Positions 41,744 through 54,609 of a stretch of 64,000 nt of DNA are shown here, in pieces. Numbering within the stretch: the stretch's first letter is position 1; every line of letters starts with the position of its first letter. Source of the stretch: Octopus sinensis (taxonomy: Eukaryota); assembly GCF_006345805.1 (NCBI RefSeq), contig NC_043005.1, forward strand, positions 53,878,001 through 53,942,000, read 5' to 3'. Both the position numbers and the translations under genes were made by a program. The notes under the pieces are model-generated. The model was not told the origin of the DNA and searched no databases. It saw only the letters and a list, made by a program, of their open reading frames with translations.

Positions 41744-42714
41744 ATACTGAGGTGAATTCATTCAACTAAAAACTCTTCAAGACAGTGCCCCAGCATATCC
41801 ACAGTCTAATGGCTGAAACAAGTAAAAGACAATGGATACAATAAAAGCAGGGAATGATAAAACCGAATTGTTTGTATCATCAAGAAAATAATTAGCATGA
41901 TGAGATTCAGTTATAATACCTTTACAACTTTTGTTATCAATTCAAAAACAGCTCAAGTTTCCTTTTCCATTCATCTTTCCACAATTAGATGACACTTCAA
42001 ACAATTATCTTTGACTATAGGCTCACTTGTATCAGTACCTTATGGAGTGGGATTTGGTTACCTAAATCTGTTCTTAAGCCTGTCGTATCTATACAAAAAA
42101 AATACCAGCTCATCACCATCCTTAATTTTCCCTTGTTAAAGATGCTTTTATCCTGAAATATCGAAACATATGGTAAAGTATAAACAGTTGTTTTATCTTC
42201 ACTACTTCTGTTCTATCTCCTTTATTTCTAATTTTTGTTGTACTTGCTTCTAAAACCATTTTGATGAACTAGAGCAACATGAAATAAAGAGTTTTGCTCA
42301 AGAACACAACACACAGCCTGGTCCAAGAATCGAACTCACAACCTTATGATTGTAAGCTCAACACTGCAACCACTGAATCATGCATGTGAATATTGATCTA
42401 ATTGTACACAGTGCTCAGGTGCACTACAAAGTATGTCTTTTTCCCCTTTGTTAGTAGTAGTTGTTTTATTGTACAGTTGACAGTCCATTTTCATTATGTG
42501 TGACTATGCTATTGTCTTACGATGAACATAGACTAACTGCAGCTGCTAAATATGAAAACTTAACATGTGATTTAGAAAATTGTGGCTTTCTTACAAGAAA
42601 GAACAAAAAAACAACATGGAGAAACTCTGAAGAATTAGACAAATCTAAGCTTGAGGGGATGGAGGAGCAGGTGTAATGACTGATGTTTTTTTACTGAGAT
42701 TAGATTTTGCGATT

Positions 42715-43300
42715 AGATCATCATAGTCATCATTACTGTCATTTTGCTGTCATTATTGACTTCAGCGTTATCATGAGCCGCATGAGCCACATCCTCCTCC
42801 TCCTCCTCATCCTCATCATCATCATCATCACCCTCATCCTCTTTCTCTTCCTCCTCCTCCTCCTCCTCATCATCATCACCATCATAATTCCCTTCCTCTT
42901 CCCCATCCTCTTCATCATCATCATCATCATCATCATCTTTCTTCCCCTTCTTCCTCCTCCTCCACCTCATCATCATCATAATCCTTCTCATCCTGATCGT
43001 CATCCTCATTCTCATCATCACCATCACCAGGATTATTATCTGCCATTACTTTCAACTAACCACATCATTACCCTCGTCATACTATTTACTATTTATCCTC
43101 ATCATTATGACTAAATTTTTATCTATCATCATCACCATTATCATCATCATCATCGTCATCATCATCCCCTTCATACCCCTACGCTTTCTCACTATCATCA
43201 TCAGCAGTTGTGTAGCCGTTGTCATTGCACTTGTCAGTGTCTTCATTTGTATTATCCTCACTTGTCAACTATCATCATCATCATAATCATCATTATTAAT
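42715..43300. repeat. (CAT/CCT)n low-complexity trinucleotide tract
   Basis: Direct reading. Confidence 0.9.
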
Positions 43301-43749
43301 TATCTTTACAGTCGTTTTTTTTTCAATTTTGTTTATTGTTTTGCATTGTCTTGTTTTTTTGTTTTGCTTCATTTTTGCAATATCGCAAACCCTAGATTCT
43401 TAGGGTTGTAATATTGCAATCTCTTAGCTTCCACTCACAAAGATATTGGTCAAAGCAAGACAATGGTAAAAGACACCTGATCAAGGTCGTAGTAGCATTG
43501 AACCTGGAGCCAATTAGTTGTGAGGCAAACTTCTGTGACCACACATGAGTTGCAGGCACACAAATTCATATTTCCTATTTACAGACCAAACTAATAAGAA
43601 AAAAATCAACAATAAGGAACAATTCAATAATGAAACAAGACTATTAACATATCAATATACATACAAAAGTGTGTGTATGTGTATATGTATATGCAATGAT
43701 GTATTTATATATATATATATATGTGTATAATTGTTAAAGAGGACAACAA

Positions 43750-43932
43750 GCTTAAAGGCAAGGCAAACATCTCAAGTCGTATACATTATTATTATTGGAA
43801 AAAATATGAAGTTTTACAGCTGTTTCTGGGATATCCCAGAGAATGAGAAATCTCAGAAACAGCTGTAAGACTTTGAATTTTTTCCAATAATATTAATGTA
43901 TATGACTTGAGATGTTTGCCTTGCCTTTAAGC
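43750..43932. repeat. About 183-bp near-perfect inverted repeat; each arm carries an HHR 3' half (GAAACAGCTGTA)
   Basis: gcttaaaggcaaggcaaacatctcaagtc... / ...gacttgagatgtttgccttgcctttaagc. Confidence 0.85.
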
Positions 43933-43989
43933 AATTGGGGAATAGGCAGCTGCTAAATATGAAAACTTAACACGTGTATGTATAAAAAA

Positions 43990-44485
43990 AATTTTTATGA
44001 GAATGGATCAGCTCTGGAAAAGAAATGAACCGGACAACCAAGAAGTGCTCATACTCCACAGAATATCAAGGCTCTATGTGCTTCACTCCTACAGAGCCCG
44101 TGGCATTCTGATTATAACTAAACAGCTGCAGTAAGGTTGTTCCAAGAGAACATTCACCAAATTCTCCGTTTTGACTGAAAATTTCATCCAAACAAGTCGC
44201 AGATCATGCAGAACTGAAGAAGAATGATCATCAATTGCAATTAGAATTCTGCCAAACAAATTAAGAAAAATATAAATGAAAACAACAAATTTCTGAACAA
44301 GCTGTGGATGTCAATTGAGGCCCAATTTCATCTCACAGGTTATGTGGACAAGCAGAATTATCATCAGTGTGAAGACAACAAACCTAAAGAATTTCATGAA
44401 TGCCCTTTACACAGCAGCATGGGGATGATATGGTGTTCAGTTTCATCACATGGGGTCATCAGGCCTTACTTGTCATCTTCAGGGC
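43990..44485 (+). mobile_element. Tc1/mariner-superfamily transposase remnant
   Basis: MSIEAQFHLTGYVDKQNY..PLHS..IWCSVSSHGVIRPY, matching the SDEAHF.L.GYVNKQN..PLH..VWC..IGPY pattern. Confidence 0.75.
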
Positions 44486-44514
44486 ATAATTTTCAGATAT
44501 TAATAATTTGGCTT

Positions 44515-44651
44515 TATTTACATTTGATGGATGTTTGTCTTCATCTTGTCTGTTGTTAACACAATGTTTCAGCTGATATACCTTCCAGCCTTCATCAGGT
44601 TTCTTGGGGGAAATTTCGAACCTGGGTTCTCATTTCTAAGGAATTTTTCGA

Positions 44652-44692
<41 letters not shown>

Positions 44693-44826
44693 TCACTGCC
44701 GGAAATCAAACTCAGAATCTTGGGGTTAGTAGCCTGTGCTCTTAACCACTACACCATATATCCATCAAATGTAAATAAAATAAATAATGTACATAATTCC
44801 TCATCTCTTAAATATAGAACTGTGTT
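44515..44826 (-). mobile_element. Second copy of the tRNA-headed HHR SINE, with an inverted tail segment at its 5' side (44758-44826, +)
   Basis: Same head (tggtgtagtggttaagagcacaggctactaaccccaagatt) and (AAT)n linker. HHR aaac-CTGATGA-aggctg..cagct-GAAAC-att-gtgtt at 44558-44602. Confidence 0.8.
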
Positions 44827-45924
44827 AATAATTTACATTACTGATTCTTAAAAGGCAAGTTGTTTAATTTCTGTCAATAAATTTTTTTTTTTTTGCTGGA
44901 TTGGGAATTTTTTCTATGTTTCAGTTTTTTTCTTTGCAATAGTATTTAAGAGAAATGGGCAGCCCTTGATTAACTGCATTATGTATAGTATTTTATTTGA
45001 CGAAGTAGTTGTTTAACCAAGGATAGACATAATGGAACATGCATATGCTGGAAGCCATTCTATCCATACCAATGATATGGACAAATTTAATTTAACCAAG
45101 AATTTGAATAAATTAAATTAGATTAAGTTCAAATCTTACCAGAGTGGCTTTACCTCGTCTTCTTCAACGAAATAATAAATGTACAGGCTATGAAATGAGG
45201 TCAGTTTTCTTGGTTACTGTTCTTTTATAAGAAACAAAAAAAAATGTATTAACTTCTGACTGAGTTAAAGTAAATTTTATGTCACAGAATTATAAAACGA
45301 CTTTACAAAATATTTAAATAATTCAAATCAGACATGCAATAAATTTCTTGTTTTTCCACTTTCTTAAAATTTTAAGTGTGCTGTATGATTCACATAATAC
45401 ATATTTTTTTCTCCAAATATGCATACATTTTTGTATTGGTTTTCTTTTTGAAAACTACTGCTACTGTTTTAACGATAATGAATTCATGACAATTAGGGGT
45501 AAAATATTTCTGCTTAAACACACACACACACACACACATATATATGTATGCATACATATCTTACACATATATATGTACACACATATATATATATATGTAT
45601 GTACGTATATATATATATATACACACATATGTATACATTTTAAAACTGATTTTAGAAAAGTTTAATTTTCTTTATAAAAGAAATCTTTTAAAGCACAATT
45701 AGTAAATGCCCAAGTGGTTAACAACAAAAAAAGAAAAATGGAAACGAGAGAAGAAAACTAAACAGCGTTTGGCATATATAATTTGCATCTTATTATTTAC
45801 CAATAAAAATAATTCAAAATGAAGACAAAAACAAAGCACAAGAATTGTATTTTGAATTTCTGTTGTTCTGATTTTTGTTCATCATCATCATTATTGCTAT
45901 TATTATTATCATTATCATTATTAC

Positions 45925-45960
<36 letters not shown>

Positions 45961-46260
45961 CATTATTATTATTATTATTATTTTATTTTGTACTTCATTT
46001 TATTCTTTGCATTCCACATTTTAAAACTTTAATCGAACAGATTAAATAACCATTTAGACATGTACATAAAATTGTGTGGTAAGATGAAGGGCAAGGAAGT
46101 GTGTGTGTGTATAGATGTATGTATATATCAAGTATGTATATATAGTTGTATATATATATATATATGCACACATGTATACATTATACATATATATACCTAT
46201 ATACATATATAGACATATCTATATCTGTGTGTGTATATATGTGCATATATATATGTGTGC

Positions 46261-46340
<80 letters not shown>

Positions 46341-47758
46341 TATATACATATATAAAATCTGAAAAAAACTTTTTTTGTTACTTGATGAATGAATTTAAAG
46401 CAGAGACAAAGAAATTGACTTGTTCTTCTCTGCATTATCATCTTCCTATCAACAAACCAACGCCAATCCAAAGCCACTATTTCAAGAATCTAAAATAAAT
46501 ACAGATGATGAGTGAATAAATATTCAATAATATATATATATATATATGTTTTGTTTTTTTGTGTTTTCTTTTTTTCTATTAATTATTTTAATTCTGTTAT
46601 TCATTATAGTTTTTGAGTATTTGTTTGTTATATGTTTCATTCATTTTTTTTTTGTTTTTTTTTTCACTGTTCTGTACTCATCACTTTTCCTCAGCAGCAA
46701 GGAATGAGTGGTTCTTAGACTGAATGTATCAGTTGCAGAATTAGCATAAGACAAACAAAATAAGGTCGTTAGCACTGTAAGATAATATGAATCAATGACG
46801 AGAAAAGATTCTTCCATATAGGCCCAACCATTTCATCCATTCCTCACTTCTCATTATCTCTCATGTCCATCAAACTACAAATTACCATTTATTGTTTGCC
46901 TGTCTGTTTGTTTTCATTTCACGTTTTGTTTTTCGATATCTTTGTGACAAAAAACACCACATAAATTTTTTTATCATAGTCTTTTTGTTTTTCTCGTCTT
47001 TGTTTTCTTTTATTGTCTTAATTTTGTTTTTGTTTTCATTTGTATATATATTTACACATATCTTTTTATATATTTTTGTTTTTTGTATATCGTTACCTTA
47101 TTATATTTTGTGTCAGTTATTAGTCTTTTCTAACTTAATTATTTCTATAATTTCATCTTTATGCATGTAATTTTCTCATCATCAGCTTTACTATCAGTAT
47201 GTATGCATATATATACATATATATATAATTGTGTATGTGTGTGTGTGTGTTATTAATAAAGGTTGTATTTTGATCTTTATCATTGTATTGCGATATCGCA
47301 TTCATTGATGATAACACATTCATGATGATAACGGTTTTGAGACAAAATAGCATTTATCTTAATCAGTAAATTCCATTCAGTTCACACTTCTCTTTCTCCA
47401 TCACTGCCAGATTAAATGTAACAAATCAATTATAATTATTTACAAAAAAAGCAAAATAAAAAAAAACAACCTTCATCATAAGGTTCTGAAAGATGACCAT
47501 CATCTCTTCATCTTGACATCCCTCTTGAAATATTAGAAGACAATTACATACACACACACACATACACACACATGTACATATCTATCGATATATGCATATA
47601 TGTGTATATATATGCAAACATATATTCATACATAAATATATATATACATATATAAATATATATTTATTTATATATACGCATATATAAATATATATATATT
47701 TACACATATATAAATATATATATATACACATGTATAAATATATATATGTACTCATATA

Positions 47759-47792
<34 letters not shown>

Positions 47793-48112
47793 TGTATGTA
47801 TAATGTATATACATTTGATTATCTTAATCCAAAGATTAAGAAACCAGTCATACAATAGAGAACTCAATATATCAGAATATAGTAGAGCATAATAGTTAAT
47901 ATATTTTTATGAATGCCTTTCTGACATGTTTATGGCTTAGCTGACCACAACTTCAAAGTCACTGTCAATAAACACTATTCATGTTAAAGAATAATAAATT
48001 TGTGCTCTACAAAATTATGGATTAACTCCTCAGATTAAGGTAAAATTGTTTTTAGTATAACTGAACATAAAAACAAACATAAACACACACACATGCCATA
48101 TAAACATACATA

Positions 48113-50990
48113 CATCATCATCATCATCATTATCATCATCGTTTAATGTCCGTTTTCTATATTGGCTTGGGTGGAGTGATAGATGACAAGCTGGAAGGCT
48201 GCACCAGGCTCCAATCTGATTTGGCAAGATTTCTACAGCTGGATGCCCTTCGTAACGCCAACCACTCTGAGAGTGTAGTGGGTGCTTTTACATGCTATTG
48301 GCATGAGAGCCAGTCAGGTGCCACTGGCATTGGCATGCTTGAATGATGCTTTTTACATACCACTGGCACAGGTGCCAGTCAGGCGGCACTGACATTGGCT
48401 ACAACTACGATTTCACTCAGTTTAGCAGGTCTTCGGAAGCATGGCATATTGTCCAATGACTGAAGGGTACTTTTAAATGGACCAGTTATGCAATGCTAGC
48501 ATAAGCCATGACTACTCTCACTTGGCTTGCCAAGTCTTCACAAGTATGGCATATCTCCAAAGGTCTTGGTCACTAGTCATTGCTTCTGTGAGGCCAAACA
48601 TTCGAAGGTCATGCTTCATCACCTCATCCCATGTTTTCTTGGGTCTACCTTTTCCACAGGTTCCCTCCACTGTTAGAGTGTGAACTTCTTCACACAGAGG
48701 TTCTTTTCCATTCACACCTCATGACCATTGCAGTCGTCTCTCTTGCACACTTATGTCCAACTTTTCTCTCAGGGCACTTACACTCTGTAGTGTATGCACA
48801 CCGATATTACACATCCAGTGGAGCATACAAGCTTCATTACTTTCAAGTCGTTGCATGTCCTCAGCAGTCACAGCCCATGTCTCACTGCCATGTAGCATGA
48901 CCGTTCACACAGAGGAATCATATAGACTATCTTTCACTCTGAGTGAGAGGCCCTTTGTTGTAAGCAGAGTTAGGAGCTTTCTGAACTTTGCCAAGGCTAT
49001 TCTTATTCTAGCAGCTACACTCCCACTACTGACTTGGTCACCTAGGTAATGGAAGCTATCAATTACTTCTAATTTTTTCCCCTGTTTTCTGTAAATCTTT
49101 GGTGTTTATTGCACCTGTGCATCTGCCACACACAAAAACTATCTTCCCAGTTAACCTTCCTTTGATATTGCTGCACCTCTTATGTGTCCATAGCTTACAC
49201 CGGGTACACCTTATGGAGTTTCTACTTGCACTTTTCTACAGATTGAGCAGGGCCATCTACCTGAAGAGATTTGTGATTTGTCCACTTACAAAGACTTTGG
49301 TTTTTGCTAAGTTAACTCTAAGGCACTTCGATTCTAGACCTTGCTTCCACACCTGAAACTTCTCTAGTTCTGGTAGTGACTTGGCTATTAGAGCAAGGTC
49401 ATCAGCATAGAGAAGCTCCCCGGGGCAGCCTGTTTTAAATTTCTCTGTTATTGCCTGGAGGACTATGATGAGCAAGAGGGGCTGAGGATTGATCCTTGGT
49501 GAAGCTCTACTTTTACCTGTAATTCTTCACTATACTCGTTGCCAACCCTCACCTTACTGACAACGTCCTTGTGCATGGTTTGTGCAGCTCTTACCAATCA
49601 CTCATCTATCCCTCAGTTGGATCAACATTTGGCAAACTCTCTTTCTTCCATTCATTCTCTTCATTTATCAACATTCGTAGTGGCATCTCCAAGTCTCTCT
49701 CTTTGCAGCATCATTAAATGTAAGTCAGCCATCATCCATGCAGACACATTTCTCTCCTATGACATCGTGATATTTTCTCATACACTGTCTTGCAGTTCGA
49801 AACACTTCAAGCCTTTGGTCCTCATGATGCAGAACATTGGCAAATTTCTTCTTATCTGCTTCCCTTCTGACTAAGTAAACCGGTCTCCTATCTTCCCTTC
49901 TGGGAATCAGATACAGTTCCCTACTACCACCACACTTCCAGTTCTTCCATGCCCTGTTTCTTTTCCCTAATGGTCGTGTCAACTACATTGTTCAACCACC
50001 ATATCGCCTTAGGTCAAGAGTAGACTTTCCACCAGCCACAGATCTGGTCAATAGCCCTCAACAGGTTGTCCCACAGGAACCTCCAGTTGTCCTTCACATT
50101 ATGTGATGCTATATCCACCTCTTTTTCATCCTGTCCATTCAGAATATTCTTAAGATTCTAGACCCTTCTTTTCCACACTGGTCATCTTCTGAGCAGCCAT
50201 TTAGCCTTGGTCCTGAAATTGCTAACTACTAACCTATGTTGTGGGAGTGCATTCTGTGTATGGGAAAGGTTTGGCATTTATAAGTAGCCATCTTTCTCAC
50301 TTCCAGGCGAGAATGTAATCAATCTGACTAGTGTACCCATCAGACTGGTAGGTGAACGGGTGACTGGCAGGTTTCCTGACGTTTGTATTACAGTTCATAA
50401 GATCATTTGCATCACAGAACTCCAGCAACCTGATTTCTTCCTCATTGCGTGAACCATATTCATTGCCACGATGCACATGATGGAAGCTCCCACATGCCCA
50501 TTGAAGCCACCAGCCACAAAGAGATGATTCATCATTCGTCGACGAGGTGGTCTGCGAGAGGGTGTCATAAAATCGGTCTTCCCGTTCATCAGGTAGCCCT
50601 GAGGGGCACAGGCCAAGATAATTGTTGCTAATCCCTGTTGCAACACTAGTCTAAACTTAAGTATTCTATCACAGACTCTGACGACAATTGCTTTATCAAC
50701 CCATTTCTCAGCAAAGAATATACCCACGCTCCCAATCCTATCAGTGTTTCCTACCCAGAAAATCTTATACCTATGTTCTTCGTCTTTGAGGAACCTAACA
50801 GAACTTCCTCTCCACCTTACTTCTTGGACGCAACACAAATCTACACATCTCCGTCCAAGCATCTGAGCTATCTCACCAGACCTACCTTTCAATGTGCCAA
50901 CATTAAGTGTGCCAACTCTGAGAGTTTGGAAGGTGTGTGTCAGCGAGACGAGGGGATGGGGGAACAGCAGCATTATTCATCTGGAAAGAA
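48113..50990 (-). mobile_element. RTE-clade LINE, degraded and internally deleted (APE endonuclease, RT, Cys-rich region, 3' UTR ending in (GAT)n)
   Basis: LRVGTLNVGTLKGRSGEI..DLCCVQEVRWRG (APE), LLYADDLALIA..VNLAKTK (RT), GRPKKTWDEV..W (RTE C-terminus). Confidence 0.92.
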
Positions 50991-51998
50991 AGCTCCCATG
51001 TGCATTTGGCAGATCTCGTAAACATACAAATAGGCTTCAACCTGCATACACTTCTCCGTTATATTTGCTTCATAATCACTACATTGAATGGGAGACAGAC
51101 ACTAAATAGGGATGGAGGTGGAAGAGATGGGGAAGTGTTCTGTATAGTCTACTGTTAGAGGTTAGAGGAGAAAGACTTCCAGTATAGGTGACAGGGTGGG
51201 ATGGGATGGGAGGACGAATGGCAAAACATTACGGCTGCCCTATTCCCTAGCTAAAGCTGATGTGGCATATCTAGATACAAAGCAAGCCACTAATTTACAA
51301 TCAGCATGGGGAAGCAAGTGGTTAACAAAACTGAGAGGGAGAGCAGTGGAATTTTCAAGAATTAAGGCAACTTCGAGGAAACAATGGAACATTTGGATAA
51401 GATAGCAGGTAACAAAACAAAACAAAACAAATGAAGAGATAGAATTTTCGAGACTTAGAGCAAGAGAAAACAGGATAGAACAATTGAATTTCTTAACTTT
51501 GCAATAACATACCGCTAAATGAATAACAATAATAATTATAATGAGCACTATAGAGTGAAACAGAATTGAACATTTGCGTCCTTAACTTTAACTATAGCTA
51601 TAAGATACAGCATGCGAGTAAGCAAAACTTTTTGAGGAAATAGATAAATAAATGAATAACAATAATTATAATTATAATTAGCGTTAAAGTGAAAGAGAAT
51701 CGAACATAGGGTTTCTTAAGTTTATTATAACATATGGCATGGAATAAATGATATTGTGTGGGTACATAGATAAATTAATGAATAACAATAGTAGTATATA
51801 GTTCAAATTTACAGAAAATAAAGATGAAGACAGGTGAGGGAATGACAAGCAGGTGTGTTAGTTTGATGCTCAGGAAGAATGGAAAAGTCTTTGACATTTC
51901 GACTTCGACCCTATGCTCCTTCACAGAAATGGTTGAGGGGTAAATATGGAGAGAATGAAAAAAACAGAAAGTGAAAAATGTGTAAGGGTTATTGATTC

Positions 51999-52038
<40 letters not shown>

Positions 52039-52096
52039 CAATGGAAAATGCAGATTCATGCATGTTGATATTCTTAAGTTATTCTTTTGTACTCTA

Positions 52097-52293
52097 AGCA
52101 CAAGGCCCGAAATTTGGGTGGAGGGGGAAGTCGATTAGATCGACACAGTATGCAATTGGTACTTAATTTATTGACCCCGAAAGGATGAAAGACAAAGTCG
52201 ACCTCAGCGGAATTTGAACTCAGAATGTAGCGGCAGACGAAATACCAATAAGCATTTCGCCTGGCATGCTAACATTTCTGCCAGCTCGCCACC
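52097..52293 (-). mobile_element. Second tRNA-derived SINE family (central gtcgactttg.ctttcatcctttcggggtc.ataa..aagtacca block, possibly a Meta/MESC-like domain)
   Basis: Head ggcgagctggcagaa..gttagc..gagttcaaattcc. Related copies at about 11090-11290, 11335-11520, 19672-19930, 21680-21850, 21925-22135, 29405-29575, 29590-29778 and 30200-30425. Confidence 0.75.
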
Positions 52294-52313
52294 TGAATAT
52301 TCATAACTTATTA

Positions 52314-53266
52314 CACCTGGAAAAGCACAGAACAAGATTTCTACTATAGCATTTGCCTAATTCGACACCTCCAATGGAAACTAAAAAGTACTTCAAATCA
52401 AAATTCTACTGTACTTAAAATACTGCAACCGAGAATAACATTTTTAAAATTTAGTATATTTTATTAAAACAAAAATTATAAAAACATTACTGGGTTTTCC
52501 AAAAATAAGCCCATCCGATTTTAAGCCTATGGGCTTAAAGATATTATTTAAGCAAAATAATTTAATTTTTTTTTAAGCACGTGGGCTTATTTTTGTGAAA
52601 AGCAGTATTTTAAAACTGAAATAAAATAAAATTAATTTTTAAAAAATACAGTAGAAAACACCTAATTAGTCATCCCAAGAAGAAAACTGAAAGTGACGAA
52701 TTGGGTGACGTAATGAATTAGCCAAAGTCAAATTAAGCTAATTGTACTGTTTTAACTAATAAATTTTACTTATGATTTATTTGTCAGATTTAATTTTTTT
52801 CTTTTTTAATATGGAAGAATTGACTGAGTATATGGTTGATCTGAAACCATTTAATAATCATTCTACTGCAAACAATGTTTTTATTTTTGTAATGGGATTT
52901 CAATTCAAGTGATAAAAATCTTGTGCAATATTATTTACAACTTCAAATTTTATTGTTTGTACTTGATGCCACTAAATAAAATGACTCTTTCAATAGCATA
53001 TTTCAAAAGACATTATTTTTAACAAGTTTTTTGTTTAAATTCATTGTTGATTATTTTTGTACTATGTTTTTAGATTCTCGTAATATATAAAGTAAATTAT
53101 CTTGAATTTACCTAATATAATGCATTTCAATTTTAAAAATGTTATTCTTGGCTGCAATATTTTAAGTACAGTAGAATTTTATTTTGAAGTACTCTTTACT
53201 TTCCTTTAGATGTGACGAATTAGGCAAATTCTGCTGTAGAAATCTTGTTCTATTCTTTTCCAGGTG
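52314..53266. mobile_element. Non-autonomous TA-flanked DNA transposon with about 140-bp TIRs and a nested short MITE (52488-52607)
   Basis: ta|cacctggaaaag..aacaagatttcta.. / ..tagaaatcttgttc..cttttccaggtg|ta. Nested arms aaaaataagccca / tgggcttatttt. Confidence 0.75.
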
Positions 53267-53512
53267 TAATAACTTAAAAATATTATCATGCACGCACCCA
53301 CATTTTTCATTGTAATCCACTTTTTTTTTTAACCAGGAAATGCAATAAAACTAATAAATATTCTTTTGTTAAGCAATATTTGAATTATTTTACATTGTTA
53401 ATGGTTGAACAGCATGACTAGAAACCTTCATCTCTGCCCATTGAAAGAAAGAAACAATAGCAATGTTTTATCATTAAATTTTAAAGAATATTTTTTTTAA
53501 TAAAGTTTTTAT

Positions 53513-53906
53513 ATACTCTTTACTCTTTTACTTGTTTCAGTCATTTGACTGCGACCATGCTGGAGCACCGCTTTTGGTCGAGCAAATCGACCCCAGGACT
53601 TATTCTTTGTGAGCCTAGTACTTATTCTATCGGTCTCTTTTGCCGAACTGCTAAGTTACGGGAGCGTAAACATACCAGCATCGGTTGTCAAGCGATGTTG
53701 GGGAGACAAACACACACACACATATATATATACATAAATACGACGGGCTTCTTTCAGTTTCTGCCTACCAAATCCACTCACAAGGCTTTGGCCGGCCCGA
53801 GGCTATAGTAGAAGACACTTGCCCAAGTTGCCACACAGTGGGACTGAACCCAGAACCATGTTGTTGTTAAGCAAGCTACTTACCAACACAGCCACTTCTG
53901 TGCCTA
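53513..53906 (-). mobile_element. Major SINE family
   Basis: Same consensus. Confidence 0.85.
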
Positions 53907-54609
53907 CATATTAAAATTCTATATTGTAATCCAATTTTCATAAATCAATTTAAAACTGCAATTTCTATAAATAAAATCGAATCTACTTATTTTCAAAAAA
54001 ATGCAAAAATAGCCAATGCATCCACTGTAAGGAAGGAGGAGCCACCTGCCCTTGTTAGGGTAAAGTTAGTTTGTTAGTTAAAATTCATGTAAAATACAAA
54101 TAAATCCTGCAATTCAGCTACCGTTCTTGTCAACTTGCCTGAAAATAAAATAATCTGAATCCTGCAACTCTGAAAATGCAATCATACTATCTGAAAGCAA
54201 AAACCTTGTCAATTCACCCTAGGAAATAATAATCTAAATTCTGTTACTCTTAACATTAAATTAAAGTTTAAAAGCAAACAAAAAAACTTATTAAAACTTC
54301 AGAAGTTTTTACAACTTTGGTCGTCGCAAGGCTTTGCTTTCATTTGTTAAATAAAAATTCCTCATCGTATAATGATTTTGCTTTCATTTTGTGAGAGACA
54401 GCTATCATGCAGAAAATGTCAGCTTCTAAATCCTGTTTTCTGATTAGGTGAAAATGATTAAACTTTAAACCTCAGTAACATTTTTCTGCAATAAGTACGT
54501 ACGTATGTATGTCTATCTATGTATGTTTATGTGTCTGTGTGTGAGTGTTTATTTACGTTGGGCAGCAGAAAAGAGTATTGTAGATAATATAAGTAAATTC
54601 CCCCTCATC

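Noticed and set aside
53276-53300. KYYHA match to the next expected ASAP exon
   Set aside because: It is preceded by an in-frame stop and a transposon TIR, and has no YLIKVNEIK..KG sequence.
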